From an uncultured Collinsella sp. (lineage in GTDB: Bacteria; Actinomycetota; Coriobacteriia; Coriobacteriales; Coriobacteriaceae): DNA of 64,000 nucleotides. The notes under the pieces are model-generated. The model was not told the origin of the DNA, did not search any database, and saw only the letters and a list, made by a program, of their open reading frames with translations. The position numbers and the translations under genes are program-made. The DNA is taken from contig CAJKQY010000001.1 in the NCBI GenBank assembly GCA_905202145.1, positions 19,782-83,781 on the forward strand. The letters run 5' to 3'. This document shows, piece by piece, positions 20,500 to 33,397 of this stretch. Positions within the stretch are counted from its first letter, which is position 1; every line of letters starts with the position of its first letter.

Positions 20500-21411
20500 A
20501 TGAACGCTTCATCGCTTTCCTTCCAAGACATCATCCTGCGCCTCCAGCAGTACTGGGGCGAGCAGGGCTGCGTCATTATGCAGCCCTATGACTCCGAGGT
20601 CGGTGCCGGTACCTTCCATACCGCGACCACGCTGCGCTCGCTCGGTCCCGCCGAGTGGCGCACCTGCTATGCGCAGCCCTGCCGCCGTCCCGCCGACGGC
20701 CGCTACGGCGAGAACCCCAACCGCATGCAGCACTACTATCAGTTCCAGGTGCTCATCAAGCCTTCTCCGGTCAACGCCCAGGAGCTCTACCTGGGGTCTC
20801 TTGCCGCTATCGGTCTGGACCCCAACGACCATGACGTCCGCTTTGTCGAGGACGACTGGGAGAGCCCGACGCTCGGCGCCTGGGGCCTTGGCTGGGAGGT
20901 CTGGCTCAATGGCATGGAGGTCACGCAGTTTACGTACTTCCAGCAGGTGGGCGGCATCGAGGTCGACCCCGTGCCCGTCGAGATCACCTACGGCCTGGAG
21001 CGTATCGCCATGTACGCCCAGGGCGTTAACTCGGTCTACGACCTGGTGTGGAGCTACCTGCCCGACGGCACGCCCATGACCTATGGCGACGTGTTCCTCG
21101 AGAACGAGCGCGAGTTCAGTGCCTATAACTTTGAGGTCGCCAACGTCGAGATGATGCGTCAGAAGTTTGACGACTACGAGGCCGAGTGCCACTCCTGTCT
21201 GGAGCGCAAGCTGCCGCTGCCGGCGTACGACTGCGTCATGAAGTGCAGCCACGCCTTCAACCTGCTCGATGCCCGTGGCGCGCTGTCCGCGGTCGAGCGT
21301 GCCAACTACATCCTGCGCGTCCGCGCCGTCGCCAAGGCGTGCTGCGAGGCCTACATGGCCGAGGTCGCCGGAGTCAACGAGAATGCCGACCAGGAAGGCG
21401 AGGTGGCGTAA
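20500..21411 (+). CDS. glyQ: glycine--tRNA ligase alpha subunit
   Basis: Highly conserved GlyQ sequence ([19 protein letters not shown]). Confidence 0.92.
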   Translation: MNASSLSFQDIILRLQQYWGEQGCVIMQPYDSEVGAGTFHTATTLRSLGPAEWRTCYAQPCRRPADGRYGENPNRMQHYYQFQVLIKPSPVNAQELYLGSLAAIGLDPNDHDVRFVEDDWESPTLGAWGLGWEVWLNGMEVTQFTYFQQVGGIEVDPVPVEITYGLERIAMYAQGVNSVYDLVWSYLPDGTPMTYGDVFLENEREFSAYNFEVANVEMMRQKFDDYEAECHSCLERKLPLPAYDCVMKCSHAFNLLDARGALSAVERANYILRVRAVAKACCEAYMAEVAGVNENADQEGEVA

Positions 21412-21414
21412 GCC

Positions 21415-23511
21415 ATGGCAGACGCTAAGGATTTCCTGTTTGAGATCGGTACGGAGGAAATGCCCTCTGCACCGCTGAACAATGCCGTCAAGCAGCTTGG
21501 CACCATGATCGCCAAGGGTCTCGACGAGGCCGGTCTGGCCCACGGCGAGGTCCGCGTGATCTCGAGCCCGCGTCGTTTGGCTGCACTCGTTGCCGACGTT
21601 GCCACCGCGACCGATGAGGTTCACGAGGTCAAGCGTGGCCCCGCGGCCAACATTGCCTTCGATGCCGACGGCAACGCCACCAAGGCCGCCCAGGGCTTTG
21701 CCCGCAAGTGCGGTGTGGCTGCCGAGGACCTGGTCCGTCGCGAGGACACTGACGGTCGCGAGTATGTGTTCGCCGAGAAGAACATCCCTTCCGCCCCGGC
21801 CACCCCGATCCTGACGGCCCTGTGCGAGAAGACTATCGCTGGCCTGCAGTGGCCCAACTACCGCTCTCAGCGCTGGGGTCACGAGCATGCGACCTTTGTT
21901 CGTCCGGTCCGCTGGATCTGCTGCCTTCTGGGCGAGGACGTTGTGCCCGTGTCGTTTGCCGACGTGACGAGCGGCAACACCACGCGTGGTCATCGCGTGC
22001 TTGGCCCCGGTGACCATGTGGTCGCCAGCCCCGCCGTCTACGAGCAGGTGCTCGAGGACGCCGGCGTGCTTTCTGCCGAGCGCCGTCGCGAGGCCATCCT
22101 TGCCGGTATCGCCGAGGTCGAGGCTGCCCGTCCCGGCTGCCATGTCGATACGCCCAAGAAGGTCTTTGAGGAGGTCATCAACCTCTGCGAGTGGCCGACG
22201 GTGCTCGTCGGTACCTTCGATGAGGAGTTCCTCAAGGTCCCGCACGAGATCATCTGCGAGTCCATGCTCACCAACCAGCGCTACTTCCCGATCTATGACG
22301 GCGAGGGCAAGCTCACGCGTGAGTTCGTGGTCGTCTCCAACAGCAAGCCCGAGAACGCCGAGCGCGTGATCGACGGCAACGAGCGCGTTGTGCGTGCCCG
22401 TCTGGACGATGCCAAGTTCTTCTACGAGGAGGACCTGAAGATCTCCCTCGACGAGTTCCGCGAGCGTCTGGCCAAGGTCGCCTTCCAGGAGAAGCTCGGT
22501 AGCGTGCTCGCCAAGTCCGAGCGCATTGAGCAGCTCGCGCTCGCTATTGCCCGCGAGGCTCATCTGGGCGCCCATCTTGCCGCTGACGCTGCTCGCGCCG
22601 CGCACCTTTGCAAGGCCGACCTGGTATCCAACGCCGTTGTCGAGTTCACGAGCCAGCAGGGCGTGATGGGCGGTTATTACGCGACCGCGATGGGGGAGAA
22701 CGACGAGGTCGCTCACGCCATTCGCGATCACTATCGTCCCCGCTTTGCCGGTGACGAGCTGCCCGAGGGCACCGCTGGCTGCATCGTGGCCTGCGCCGAC
22801 AAGCTCGATACCATCGCCGGTATCTTTGCCATCGGCGAGCCCCCGACCGGCTCTTCGGACCCCTACGCGCTGCGTCGTGCCGCTATCGGCATCATCAACA
22901 TCCTGCGCGACCGCCTGCCGATCGACCCCACGTCGCTCATCGATTTTGCGCTTGAGCTCTATAGCGAGCAAGGCATTGAGTTCGACGCCGCCGAGGTCGC
23001 CCAGCAGGTCCGTGACTTCTTCCACGGCCGCCTGGTGAGCATGGCCCGCGACGAAAAGATCCCGGCCGATACCGTTGCCGCCGTCTCCGCGGTGCACATC
23101 ATCGCCCCGTCCGTCTTCTTCGCCCGCTGCGCTGCGCTCGACGAGGCTCGCAAGAACGATGCCGAGACCTTCGACAACCTGGCTACCGCCTATGCCCGTG
23201 CCGCGCACATCTCCAAGCCCGAGCTGGGTACGGAGTACAACCGCAGCCTGATGGGCGAGGCCGAGCTCGCGCTCGCCGACGCCTCCGAGGCTGCTCAGGC
23301 CGCCGTCGATGCCGCCCTTGCTGGCGAGGATTACCCGGCCGCATTTGCCGCCCTTGCCGCCCTGCGCGCGCCCATCGACCGCTTCTTCGATGAGGTCATG
23401 GTCATGGACAAGGACGAGCAGCTCCGCGATAATCGCCTTAAGCTGCTCAACCGCTTCGAGGCCGTTTTCTCCGGCATTGCCAACATCGGTGAGCTTGCCC
23501 GCAAAAAGTAA
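21415..23511 (+). CDS. glyS: glycine--tRNA ligase beta subunit
   Basis: DFLFEIGTEEMP N-terminus; adjacent to glyQ. Confidence 0.9.
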   Translation: MADAKDFLFEIGTEEMPSAPLNNAVKQLGTMIAKGLDEAGLAHGEVRVISSPRRLAALVADVATATDEVHEVKRGPAANIAFDADGNATKAAQGFARKCGVAAEDLVRREDTDGREYVFAEKNIPSAPATPILTALCEKTIAGLQWPNYRSQRWGHEHATFVRPVRWICCLLGEDVVPVSFADVTSGNTTRGHRVLGPGDHVVASPAVYEQVLEDAGVLSAERRREAILAGIAEVEAARPGCHVDTPKKVFEEVINLCEWPTVLVGTFDEEFLKVPHEIICESMLTNQRYFPIYDGEGKLTREFVVVSNSKPENAERVIDGNERVVRARLDDAKFFYEEDLKISLDEFRERLAKVAFQEKLGSVLAKSERIEQLALAIAREAHLGAHLAADAARAAHLCKADLVSNAVVEFTSQQGVMGGYYATAMGENDEVAHAIRDHYRPRFAGDELPEGTAGCIVACADKLDTIAGIFAIGEPPTGSSDPYALRRAAIGIINILRDRLPIDPTSLIDFALELYSEQGIEFDAAEVAQQVRDFFHGRLVSMARDEKIPADTVAAVSAVHIIAPSVFFARCAALDEARKNDAETFDNLATAYARAAHISKPELGTEYNRSLMGEAELALADASEAAQAAVDAALAGEDYPAAFAALAALRAPIDRFFDEVMVMDKDEQLRDNRLKLLNRFEAVFSGIANIGELARKK

Positions 23512-23545
23512 GCCAGCCTGCGCGTAAGCGCAAAAGGAGCCCCGC

Positions 23546-24433
23546 ATGGATTGCCCGGTCACCGCTCGTCCCACCGTTATCGTTATCTCCGACTCGCTCG
23601 GCGATACCGCTTGTGAGGTGGTGCTTGCGGCGTCCGGGCAATTTGATGAAGGGGCTTTTCGCGTTTTACGTCTGCCCAAGGTGACTTCCGTGGAGCAGGT
23701 CAAGTCATTTGTGGGGCCGCGCGTCGATGCCGACCATCGCGATATTGCCGTGTTTCACACCATTGTCGATCCGGCGCTTCGCGCCCGTGTGCTCGATTAC
23801 CTGGGCATGCTGCATATTCGTTCAGTCGACCTGATTGGCCCGACGCTCGCCGTGCTGTCGTCGCTCATTGGCGTGCCGCCCAAGGGCGTTGCGGGCGTGA
23901 TTCACAAGACCGATGACCGTTACTTTCATCGCATCGAGGCCATGGAGTATTTTGTCGAGCATGATGACGGGCGCGGTTGCGACGATCTGTCGGATGCCGA
24001 TATCGTGCTGCTGGGTGTATCGCGCACGTCCAAGACGCCGCTGTCGATGTATTTGGCCTATCAGGGTTACAAGGTGGCCAACGTCCCTCTGGCGCACGGC
24101 ATGGAGCCGCCGAAGTCGATTTACGAGGTTGACCCAATGCGCCTCTTTGGCCTGATTTCGACCGTCGATGTGATTTCCGAAATTCGCGATAGCCGCTTGG
24201 GCGATGACTACGTTCGTGCCGTTGCCGGCTCCTATGCCGAGCCCGAGAGCGTGCGCAGCGAGCTTGAGGAAGCTCGTGCCCTCATGAAGCGCCTAAGCTG
24301 CTTTGTGGTGCGTACCGACGGCAAGGCCATCGAGGAAAGCGCTGCCGAGATCATTAGCCACTTGGAGGAAATCCAGGAAGCCCGTGCCCGCCGTGCCGCC
24401 CGCCGAGCCGCCCGCCGAGCCCAGCAAAGTTAA
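23546..24433 (+). CDS. pyruvate phosphate dikinase regulatory protein (PDRP, DUF299 kinase/pyrophosphorylase)
   Basis: P-loop GVSRTSKTPLSMYLA; adjacent to ppdK; Ala/Arg-repeat tail. Confidence 0.8.
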   Translation: MDCPVTARPTVIVISDSLGDTACEVVLAASGQFDEGAFRVLRLPKVTSVEQVKSFVGPRVDADHRDIAVFHTIVDPALRARVLDYLGMLHIRSVDLIGPTLAVLSSLIGVPPKGVAGVIHKTDDRYFHRIEAMEYFVEHDDGRGCDDLSDADIVLLGVSRTSKTPLSMYLAYQGYKVANVPLAHGMEPPKSIYEVDPMRLFGLISTVDVISEIRDSRLGDDYVRAVAGSYAEPESVRSELEEARALMKRLSCFVVRTDGKAIEESAAEIISHLEEIQEARARRAARRAARRAQQS

Positions 24434-24571
24434 CTCATTTCGGTAGCTAAAAATGCACCGTCTCTAAAAGACTACCTAAAAATAATGCATGATATTGGTA
24501 TAGCGATTTAGCACAGAACTTGCATTTGACCCGCAATTCTCTTGCATTGGTATCTTCATAAGGTAACCACC

Positions 24572-24609
24572 TTTACCTACCGTTTACCGCCACATTTACC
24601 ACGTTTACC
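24572..24609 (+). repeat. four direct TTTACC repeats (spacing 11/12/9 nt) upstream of ppdK, preceded by 2x TTGCAT
   Basis: Read directly: cTTTACCtaccgTTTACCgccacaTTTACCacgTTTACC. Confidence 0.6.
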
Positions 24610-24731
24610 AAACCCCGCGCTCTCTACGCAAGCCCGCTCAATGCCCGCCGTATAGTTCCCTCACGGCCCGTATCCGGCGGGTCGATTCGTTACCACGGTC
24701 GTGCGCGAGAGCGCATGGAAGGGGAAGTATC

Positions 24732-27482
<2,751 letters not shown>

Positions 27483-27520
27483 TGTTCTGGGTTTAGGCGC
27501 CTAACGTAGCCCCCTTCATG

Positions 27521-27552
27521 CCGCCCGTCTCATTCGTGAGACGGGCGGTTAT
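27521..27552 (+). terminator. rho-independent terminator after ppdK
   Basis: CCGCCCGTCTCA ttcg TGAGACGGGCGG followed by a T-rich stretch. Confidence 0.65.
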
Positions 27553-27691
27553 CATGTGCGGGTTTTGTCTTTTTGTCTGCGTAAAAAATTGTTCTTGCAG
27601 CAGAAACCCGCGCGTGTATACTCGAATACGTTTGTTCAACTACGTGCCGGCCAAGGTGGTACGGCACCTCTAGAAGAGTAAGGAATTGCAC

Positions 27692-28033
27692 ATGGATTAC
27701 ATCCGCGCAATCGAGCGTCAGCAGATCCGCGAGGACATTCCTCAGGTTCGCGTCGCCGACAACGTCAAGGTTCACTACCGCATTAAGGAAGGCGACCGCG
27801 AGCGCATCCAGGTCTTCCAGGGCGACGTCATCCGCATGGCCGGCGCCGGTGCCCGCGAGACCTTCACCGTCCGCAAGATGTCCTTCGGTGTCGGTGTTGA
27901 GCGTACCTTCCCGCTTCACAGCCCCAAGATCGCCAAGCTCGAGGTCGTCCGTCATGGTCGCGTCCGTCGTGCCAAGCTGTACTACCTCCGCGACAAGGTG
28001 GGCAAGGCTGCTCGCATCCCCGAGAAGCGCTAA
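27692..28033 (+). CDS. rplS: 50S ribosomal protein L19
   Basis: MDYIRAIE...[11 protein letters not shown]19 signature; RBS AAGGAA. Confidence 0.9.
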   Translation: MDYIRAIERQQIREDIPQVRVADNVKVHYRIKEGDRERIQVFQGDVIRMAGAGARETFTVRKMSFGVGVERTFPLHSPKIAKLEVVRHGRVRRAKLYYLRDKVGKAARIPEKR

Positions 28034-28069
28034 GAAGATCGCAGCGTCTGTCCACTCGTTTGGACACAA

Positions 28070-28098
28070 GGGTCACCTTCGGGTGGCCCTTCTTTTTA
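28070..28098 (+). terminator. rho-independent terminator after rplS
   Basis: GGGTCACC ttc GGGTGGCCC TTCTTTTTAT. Confidence 0.7.
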
Positions 28099-28126
28099 TC
28101 TGATTTGCATGCAAGGAGGGCCTGGT

Positions 28127-28915
28127 ATGGCCAACATGACGAGCTCGGTTTCGGCATCGCAGGTTGCCGGTGAGTTGGCGAGCGCAACGTTTGAGGAGAT
28201 CCCCGCCCTCGTGGAGCATTATCGCGAGGACCCGCGCCAGCAGGTGATCAAGGCTTGCGAGCGTGCTCTTAAACGCCATGCCAAAGAGCTTGCCGAGCGC
28301 GAGCGCGTCAATGACATGTACGAGCTTATGCATGAGCTTGGCGGCGATGGGGTGGTCGTTGGTGTCGACGAGGTGGGTCGCGGATCGGTGGCCGGTCCTT
28401 TGACGGTATGCGCCGTCTGCCTTCCTATGGAGCCGCGCGTCTGGGGCATCAATGATTCCAAAAAGCTCACGCCGGCGCGCCGCGAGTTGCTCTCAGTGAA
28501 GATTGCCGAGGTGGCGACGGCGATCGGTTTTTGCCATATCGCGCCTAAGGATATCGATGAGATGGGCATGGCCCGTGCTATCCGTACCGCCGTTGCGGGC
28601 GCCGTGGCCGATACGGGGCTCGAGCCCGATTGCGTGCTTATGGATGGCAACCCCTTGGGCGCCGTTCCTAACGAGCGCGATGTGGTGAAGGGCGATGCCA
28701 AGATCGCCTGCATCGCTGCGGCGTCCATCATGGCCAAGGTCACGCGTGACGAGATGATGGTCGAGTACGACGCCGAGTACCCCGAGTACCATCTGGCCGA
28801 GTCGAAGGGCTATGCGAGCCCCGAGCACATCGAGGCCATTCGCAAACATGGACTTTGTCCGTTGCACCGCGTGAGCTTTTGCGGAAACTTTCTGCAGACT
28901 GAGCGCCTTTTCTAG
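28127..28915 (+). CDS. rnhB: ribonuclease HII (with Bacillus-type N-terminal extension)
   Basis: VGVDEVGRGSVAGPL catalytic motif; RBS AAGGAGGG before the ATG at 28127. Confidence 0.85.
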   Translation: MANMTSSVSASQVAGELASATFEEIPALVEHYREDPRQQVIKACERALKRHAKELAERERVNDMYELMHELGGDGVVVGVDEVGRGSVAGPLTVCAVCLPMEPRVWGINDSKKLTPARRELLSVKIAEVATAIGFCHIAPKDIDEMGMARAIRTAVAGAVADTGLEPDCVLMDGNPLGAVPNERDVVKGDAKIACIAAASIMAKVTRDEMMVEYDAEYPEYHLAESKGYASPEHIEAIRKHGLCPLHRVSFCGNFLQTERLF

Positions 28916-29104
28916 GTCAATTGTGGAGACAGGGACTTCTGGAGTTTTGTAAACCAGCTGGTAGCGGGCCGTGTGCAACACCATTGTTGCGTACGGCCCG
29001 TTTTTTGACGGCATTTGGTCAGCTTTTGGTTTGCTTCCGGTACTTACCCGCATGAAAGGTGCCCTCATCATCGGGGCAATGCAGTGTGCGGGAAAGGAGA
29101 TCCC

Positions 29105-29590
29105 ATGAGTGCCGCAAGCAAAAAGAGCAAGACGCAGCAGCTCAAGGAGCGTTGGGAAAACGGCGAGCTCGACTCCGGGGCGATGACGCCCGAGTTTATC
29201 AAGGGACTCAGTCCCCGCGAGCTGGGCATGCTGGGCGAGCTGATCACCATCGACTACTTTAACGAGCGCGGCTACACCTTGCTGGAGCAGGGTTATCGTT
29301 GCACTGAGGGCGAGGCCGACCTGGTGCTGCTCGATGAGCTCGACGATGTCGTGGTGATGGCCGAGGTCAAGACCAGACGCGTTGCGCTGGATTGCAGCAC
29401 GCGGGTCTTTCCCGAGGAGGCCGTGGACGCCCAAAAGCAACGCCGCTACCGCCGCATCGCAAGTTGCTATCTCATGGAGCATTATCCGCTCAAGGCGATT
29501 CGCTTCGATGCTGTGGGTGTCACCATTCGCGGCGGGCATATCGCCGAGATCGAGCACCAGTACAACGCGTTCGATTGGCAGGTTTCGTGA
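29105..29590 (+). CDS. yraN: YraN/UPF0102 family endonuclease-like protein
   Basis: GEADLV...EVKTR PD-(D/E)xK-like core; RBS GGAGAT before the ATG. Confidence 0.75.
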   Translation: MSAASKKSKTQQLKERWENGELDSGAMTPEFIKGLSPRELGMLGELITIDYFNERGYTLLEQGYRCTEGEADLVLLDELDDVVVMAEVKTRRVALDCSTRVFPEEAVDAQKQRRYRRIASCYLMEHYPLKAIRFDAVGVTIRGGHIAEIEHQYNAFDWQVS

Positions 29591-31113
29591 TGGCGTTCGA
29601 GACGTTTGCCGTTCACGCGGCCTGCATCCGCGGTGTCGAGGCGATTCCCGTCACGGTCGAGGTCTCGCTTGCCGGCGGCGTTCCGGGCATCCAAATGCTC
29701 GGCATTCCGAGTATGGAGGTGATGGAGTCGCGCGGTCGTATTCGCTGCGCGATGCGCTCCGCCGGGTTCGAGATCCCGCGCTCGGGCATTACGGTCAATC
29801 TGGCGCCCGGCGATATTCGCAAGACCGGTAGCGGCTTTGATCTGCCCATCGCCATCGCGGTTCTGGCAGCCGATGGTCAGATCCCCCGCGACAACCTCGA
29901 TCGCTGCCTTATCGCCGGCGAGCTCGGCTTGGACGGTACGGTGCTTCCCGTCAAAGGCGAGGTGGCGTTCCAGCTGCTGGCTCGCGACATGGGGCTGTCT
30001 TTTATCGCCGGCAGGTCCGACCAGCATGTGCCACTCGCGGGCGTGGATTGCGGCTTTATCGATCATTTGTCTCAGCTTGCTCATGGTATGGGCGATGCCG
30101 CCCGGCACTACTTGGATTCCGAGGGCGTCGAGGCGACCTTTGAGCCAGAGCTCGACTATGCCGACGTGTTGGGGCAGGAGGTCGCCAAGCGCGGCATGGC
30201 GCTTGCGGCGGCAGGAGAACTCGGCTTGCTCATGATCGGGTCTCCGGGATCGGGCAAGACGATGCTCGCACGCCGTATGACCGGCATCCTGCCCGAGCTT
30301 TCCGTTGAGGATCAGCAGGAGGCACTGTGCATCCATTCGGTTTTGGGTGAGAACATTGATGGCTTGTTGGCGGGGCACCGCCCCTTCCGCAGTCCCCACC
30401 ACAGTATTTCGACCGCAGGCCTTATCGGCGGCGGGCGCCCGGTGCACCCGGGTGAGATCAGCCTTGCTCATGGCGGCGTGCTCTTTTTGGACGAGCTTGC
30501 CGAGTTTCCCACTGGCGTGCTGCAGACGCTGCGTCAGCCCATCGAGCGCGGCTACGTGAGGATCGTACGCGTCGACGGGGCTTTTACCTTCCCGTCGCGC
30601 TTTCAGCTGCTGGCTGCGAGCAATCCCTGCCCCTGCGGCTTTTTGGGCGATCGCGAGGTGCCGTGTCGCTGCTCGGCGGCGATGGTCGAGCGCTATCGGT
30701 CTAAACTGCGCGGTCCTTTGGCCGACCGTATCGACATGATGATCGATGTGACCCGTCCCGACCCTCAAGTGATTATCGAGGGTGCGGAGGGTATGTCGTC
30801 GGCCGAGTTACGTGACTACGTTGTGCGCGGTCGTGCCTTTCGCGCCTGGCGCGAGTCCCGTATGGACGATGCGGATGCCGAGGCCGAGGATGACGAGACG
30901 CGGTCCATTGACGGCGTCGTTTCGACCTTTGAGCTCGATGATGCTGCCGAGAAATGCGTACTCGGCCTATCCAAACGCACGCATCTCACGGGCCGCGGCA
31001 TCGTACGCCTGGTGCGTATCGCGCGTACAATCGCTGACGTCGCCGAGAGCGAGCAAGTGACGCGGGACCACGTGCTCGAGGCGGCGATGTACCAGGGAAG
31101 GAGGGACCAATGA
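29590..31113 (+). CDS. comM: YifB/ComM family Mg-chelatase-like AAA+ ATPase
   Basis: Lon-like N-domain, Walker A GSPGSGKTML, ChlI-like C-domain; ATG overlaps the yraN TGA (TGATG). Confidence 0.85.
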   Translation: MAFETFAVHAACIRGVEAIPVTVEVSLAGGVPGIQMLGIPSMEVMESRGRIRCAMRSAGFEIPRSGITVNLAPGDIRKTGSGFDLPIAIAVLAADGQIPRDNLDRCLIAGELGLDGTVLPVKGEVAFQLLARDMGLSFIAGRSDQHVPLAGVDCGFIDHLSQLAHGMGDAARHYLDSEGVEATFEPELDYADVLGQEVAKRGMALAAAGELGLLMIGSPGSGKTMLARRMTGILPELSVEDQQEALCIHSVLGENIDGLLAGHRPFRSPHHSISTAGLIGGGRPVHPGEISLAHGGVLFLDELAEFPTGVLQTLRQPIERGYVRIVRVDGAFTFPSRFQLLAASNPCPCGFLGDREVPCRCSAAMVERYRSKLRGPLADRIDMMIDVTRPDPQVIIEGAEGMSSAELRDYVVRGRAFRAWRESRMDDADAEAEDDETRSIDGVVSTFELDDAAEKCVLGLSKRTHLTGRGIVRLVRIARTIADVAESEQVTRDHVLEAAMYQGRRDQ

Positions 31114-32045
31114 TAGCTGAGGGGACCTTCGAGCTGCATCCAGGTGATGCGTTGTATCCCGAGACCGTTTTGGAGCTTTCTGATGTACCCCAGACGCTCT
31201 ATGTGCGCGGCAATCCCGAGGTGCTTTCGACACCCGCGCTCTCCATCATCGGCGCGCGCAAGGCTTCGCCGTATGGTCTTGCCGTGGCAGAGCTTGCGGC
31301 AAAGGTGGCAGTCGAGGCGGGAGTGACGGTTGTTTCGGGCGGCGCGGTCGGTTGTGACCAGGCCTCGGGTTGGGCTGCGGTCAACGCCGGCGGCAAACAC
31401 GTCGTGGTGCTGGGGACGGGCGCCGACGTGGTCTACCCGCGTTCGAGCGCGGGGCTTATTACTCGCACGCTCGATACGGGTGGCGCGGTCGTGTCGATCT
31501 CTCCGTGGGGCATGGGTCCGCGCAAGTTTGCCTTTCCGCGCCGCAATCGCGTGATCGCTGCCCTGTCGCAAGCCCTCTTTGTATCCGAGGCGGGTATGCC
31601 TTCTGGGACGTTTTCTACAGCCGAGGCTGCTATGGATTTGGGGCGCGAACTTCTTGCCGTGCCGGGGTCGATCCTATCGCCCGAGTCGCGTGGCACGAAT
31701 TACCTCATTGCGAACGGTGCCTGCTGCATCGTCGACGAGGAATCTATCGAGATGGCTATCTCACGCATCTACGGAACCCTGCGCTACTCGCGCCCCGATG
31801 CTCCCGGCATTGCCGACCTGGATCCAACGCAGCAGACCGTGATGCATGCGCTCATCGCCTCTCCGCTCAAGGTCGACGATATCGCGGCGCTCGTCTCACT
31901 CGATGCTGTCGGCGTACTCAAACTCTTGGGTTCGCTTGAACTCGAGGGCCTTATCGAGCGCATGATGGATGGAAGGTATGCGCCCTCCAAGTTTGCCCTT
32001 CACGCCCAGACACCCTTCGGTCACAATGGAAAACGTGTCAATTAG
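31110..32045 (+). CDS. dprA: DNA processing protein DprA/Smf
   Basis: Rossmann-like DprA core (GARKASPYG, VVSGGAVGCD); ATGA overlap with comM. Confidence 0.85.
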   Translation: MIAEGTFELHPGDALYPETVLELSDVPQTLYVRGNPEVLSTPALSIIGARKASPYGLAVAELAAKVAVEAGVTVVSGGAVGCDQASGWAAVNAGGKHVVVLGTGADVVYPRSSAGLITRTLDTGGAVVSISPWGMGPRKFAFPRRNRVIAALSQALFVSEAGMPSGTFSTAEAAMDLGRELLAVPGSILSPESRGTNYLIANGACCIVDEESIEMAISRIYGTLRYSRPDAPGIADLDPTQQTVMHALIASPLKVDDIAALVSLDAVGVLKLLGSLELEGLIERMMDGRYAPSKFALHAQTPFGHNGKRVN

Positions 32046-32053
32046 AAAGGTGT

Positions 32054-33397
32054 TTGCAGATGCAGTTCGATCAGGTGACAGTTATCGGTGGCGGTCTGGC
32101 GGGTTCGGAATGCGCGATCCAGCTGGCAGATCGCGGGTTTGCCGTAAAGCTGTGCGAGATGCGCCCCCAGGTGAGCTCCCCGGCCCACCATACTGATCAC
32201 CTGGCAGAGCTCGTCTGCTCCAATTCGTTTAAGTCGACCCGTCCGGATTCCGCGGCTGGTTTGCTGAAGGCCGAGCTTGAGCGCATGGGTTCAGTCCTGC
32301 TCGATTGCGCCCATCGCGCGGCTGTTCCCGCCGGTGGCGCCCTGGCGGTCGACCGCGTCAAGTTTTCCGAGCTTGTCGAGGCCGAGGTTGCCGCTCGTCC
32401 CAATATCGAGGTCGTGCACGGCGAGGTCACGCAGATTCCCGAGGGTCACGTGGTCATTGCCGCGGGCCCGCTGTGTTCACCGGCGCTGAGCGAAGAGGTT
32501 ATGAAGCTCGTCGGTGGCGATGCCCTGGCATTCTTTGATGCGGCGGCGCCGATCGTCGATGCCTCCACGCTCGATATGGACGTTTTGTTCTCGCAGTCGC
32601 GCTACGAGGAGCAGGGGAGCGGCGACTATCTCAACGCTCCGCTCAATAAGGAGGAGTACGAGGCCTTTATCGAGGCGCTTACCACGGCCGACCGCGTGGT
32701 GCTCAAAGACTTTGAGGGCGGCGATCTGTTCCAGGCCTGCCAGCCTGCCGAGGAAGTTGCGCGCACCGGCAAGGACGCCATTCGCTTTGGCGCCATGAAG
32801 CCCGTCGGCCTTACCGACCCGCGTACCGGACGTCGCCCCTGGGCGGCGATTCAGCTGCGTGCCGAGAACAAGGAGAAGACCGCCTATAACCTGGTGGGCT
32901 TCCAGACCAACTTGACCTTTGGCGAGCAGAAGCGCGTCTTCCATATGGTGCCGGGCCTGGAGAACGCTGAGTTCTTCCGCTACGGTGTCATGCACCGCAA
33001 TACCTTTGTCGACGCCCCGCATGTGCTCGATGGCACCTTTGCCGTGCCCGGTACCGGTGTGCGCCTGGCCGGTCAGATCACCGGCACCGAGGGGTACATG
33101 GAAGCCGTGGCGACAGGTCTGCTCGCGGCGCTTAACACTTATGCCGAGGCTATCGGTGCCGCGGGCGTCGAGTTGCCGCGTGTGGGCGCCCTGGGTGCGC
33201 TCGTGGGCTATGCGACCGATCCTGCCACCGTGGGCTATCAGCCTATGCATGTCAACTTTGGCCTGGTGCCGCCACTCGAGGATGGTAAGCGCCGCAGCAA
33301 ACGCGACCGCTATCAGGCCTATGCGGACCGTGCGCTCGAGGCCCTCGATGCCTACTTGGCCACGCGTTCCGACTTGTTTGGAGGCGACCGGTCATAG
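32054..33397 (+). CDS. trmFO: methylenetetrahydrofolate--tRNA-(uracil54-C5)-methyltransferase TrmFO
   Basis: FAD motif VTVIGGGLAGSE, conserved CSNSFKS; start 32054 or 32060. Confidence 0.88.
   Translation: MQMQFDQVTVIGGGLAGSECAIQLADRGFAVKLCEMRPQVSSPAHHTDHLAELVCSNSFKSTRPDSAAGLLKAELERMGSVLLDCAHRAAVPAGGALAVDRVKFSELVEAEVAARPNIEVVHGEVTQIPEGHVVIAAGPLCSPALSEEVMKLVGGDALAFFDAAAPIVDASTLDMDVLFSQSRYEEQGSGDYLNAPLNKEEYEAFIEALTTADRVVLKDFEGGDLFQACQPAEEVARTGKDAIRFGAMKPVGLTDPRTGRRPWAAIQLRAENKEKTAYNLVGFQTNLTFGEQKRVFHMVPGLENAEFFRYGVMHRNTFVDAPHVLDGTFAVPGTGVRLAGQITGTEGYMEAVATGLLAALNTYAEAIGAAGVELPRVGALGALVGYATDPATVGYQPMHVNFGLVPPLEDGKRRSKRDRYQAYADRALEALDAYLATRSDLFGGDRS

Noticed and set aside
20509-23703. 1064-aa ORF on the minus strand covering glyQ-glyS
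   Set aside because: This is antisense to two unmistakable aminoacyl-tRNA synthetase genes. Long stop-free antisense frames are expected at about 65% GC. The translation is low-complexity (G/A/L/V/R-rich) with no motifs.
24380-24433. Tandem ARRAARRAARRA repeat at the C-terminus of the PPDK regulatory protein
   Set aside because: It is a short in-frame codon repeat (GCC CGC CGA GCC) producing a low-complexity tail. There is no evidence of function or of a repeat-mediated element.
28040-28064. GTCTGTCC...GGACAC motif after rplS resembling the transposase-associated repeat
   Set aside because: It shares only 8 nt (GTCTGTCC) with the REP-like repeat. It forms its own small hairpin (TGTCCA..TGGACA) just before the rplS terminator, and is probably coincidental.
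28127-28400. About 85-residue N-terminal extension on RNase HII
   Set aside because: It looked unusual at first, but Bacillus-type RnhB proteins carry a comparable N-terminal extension. It is an ordinary feature of this subfamily.
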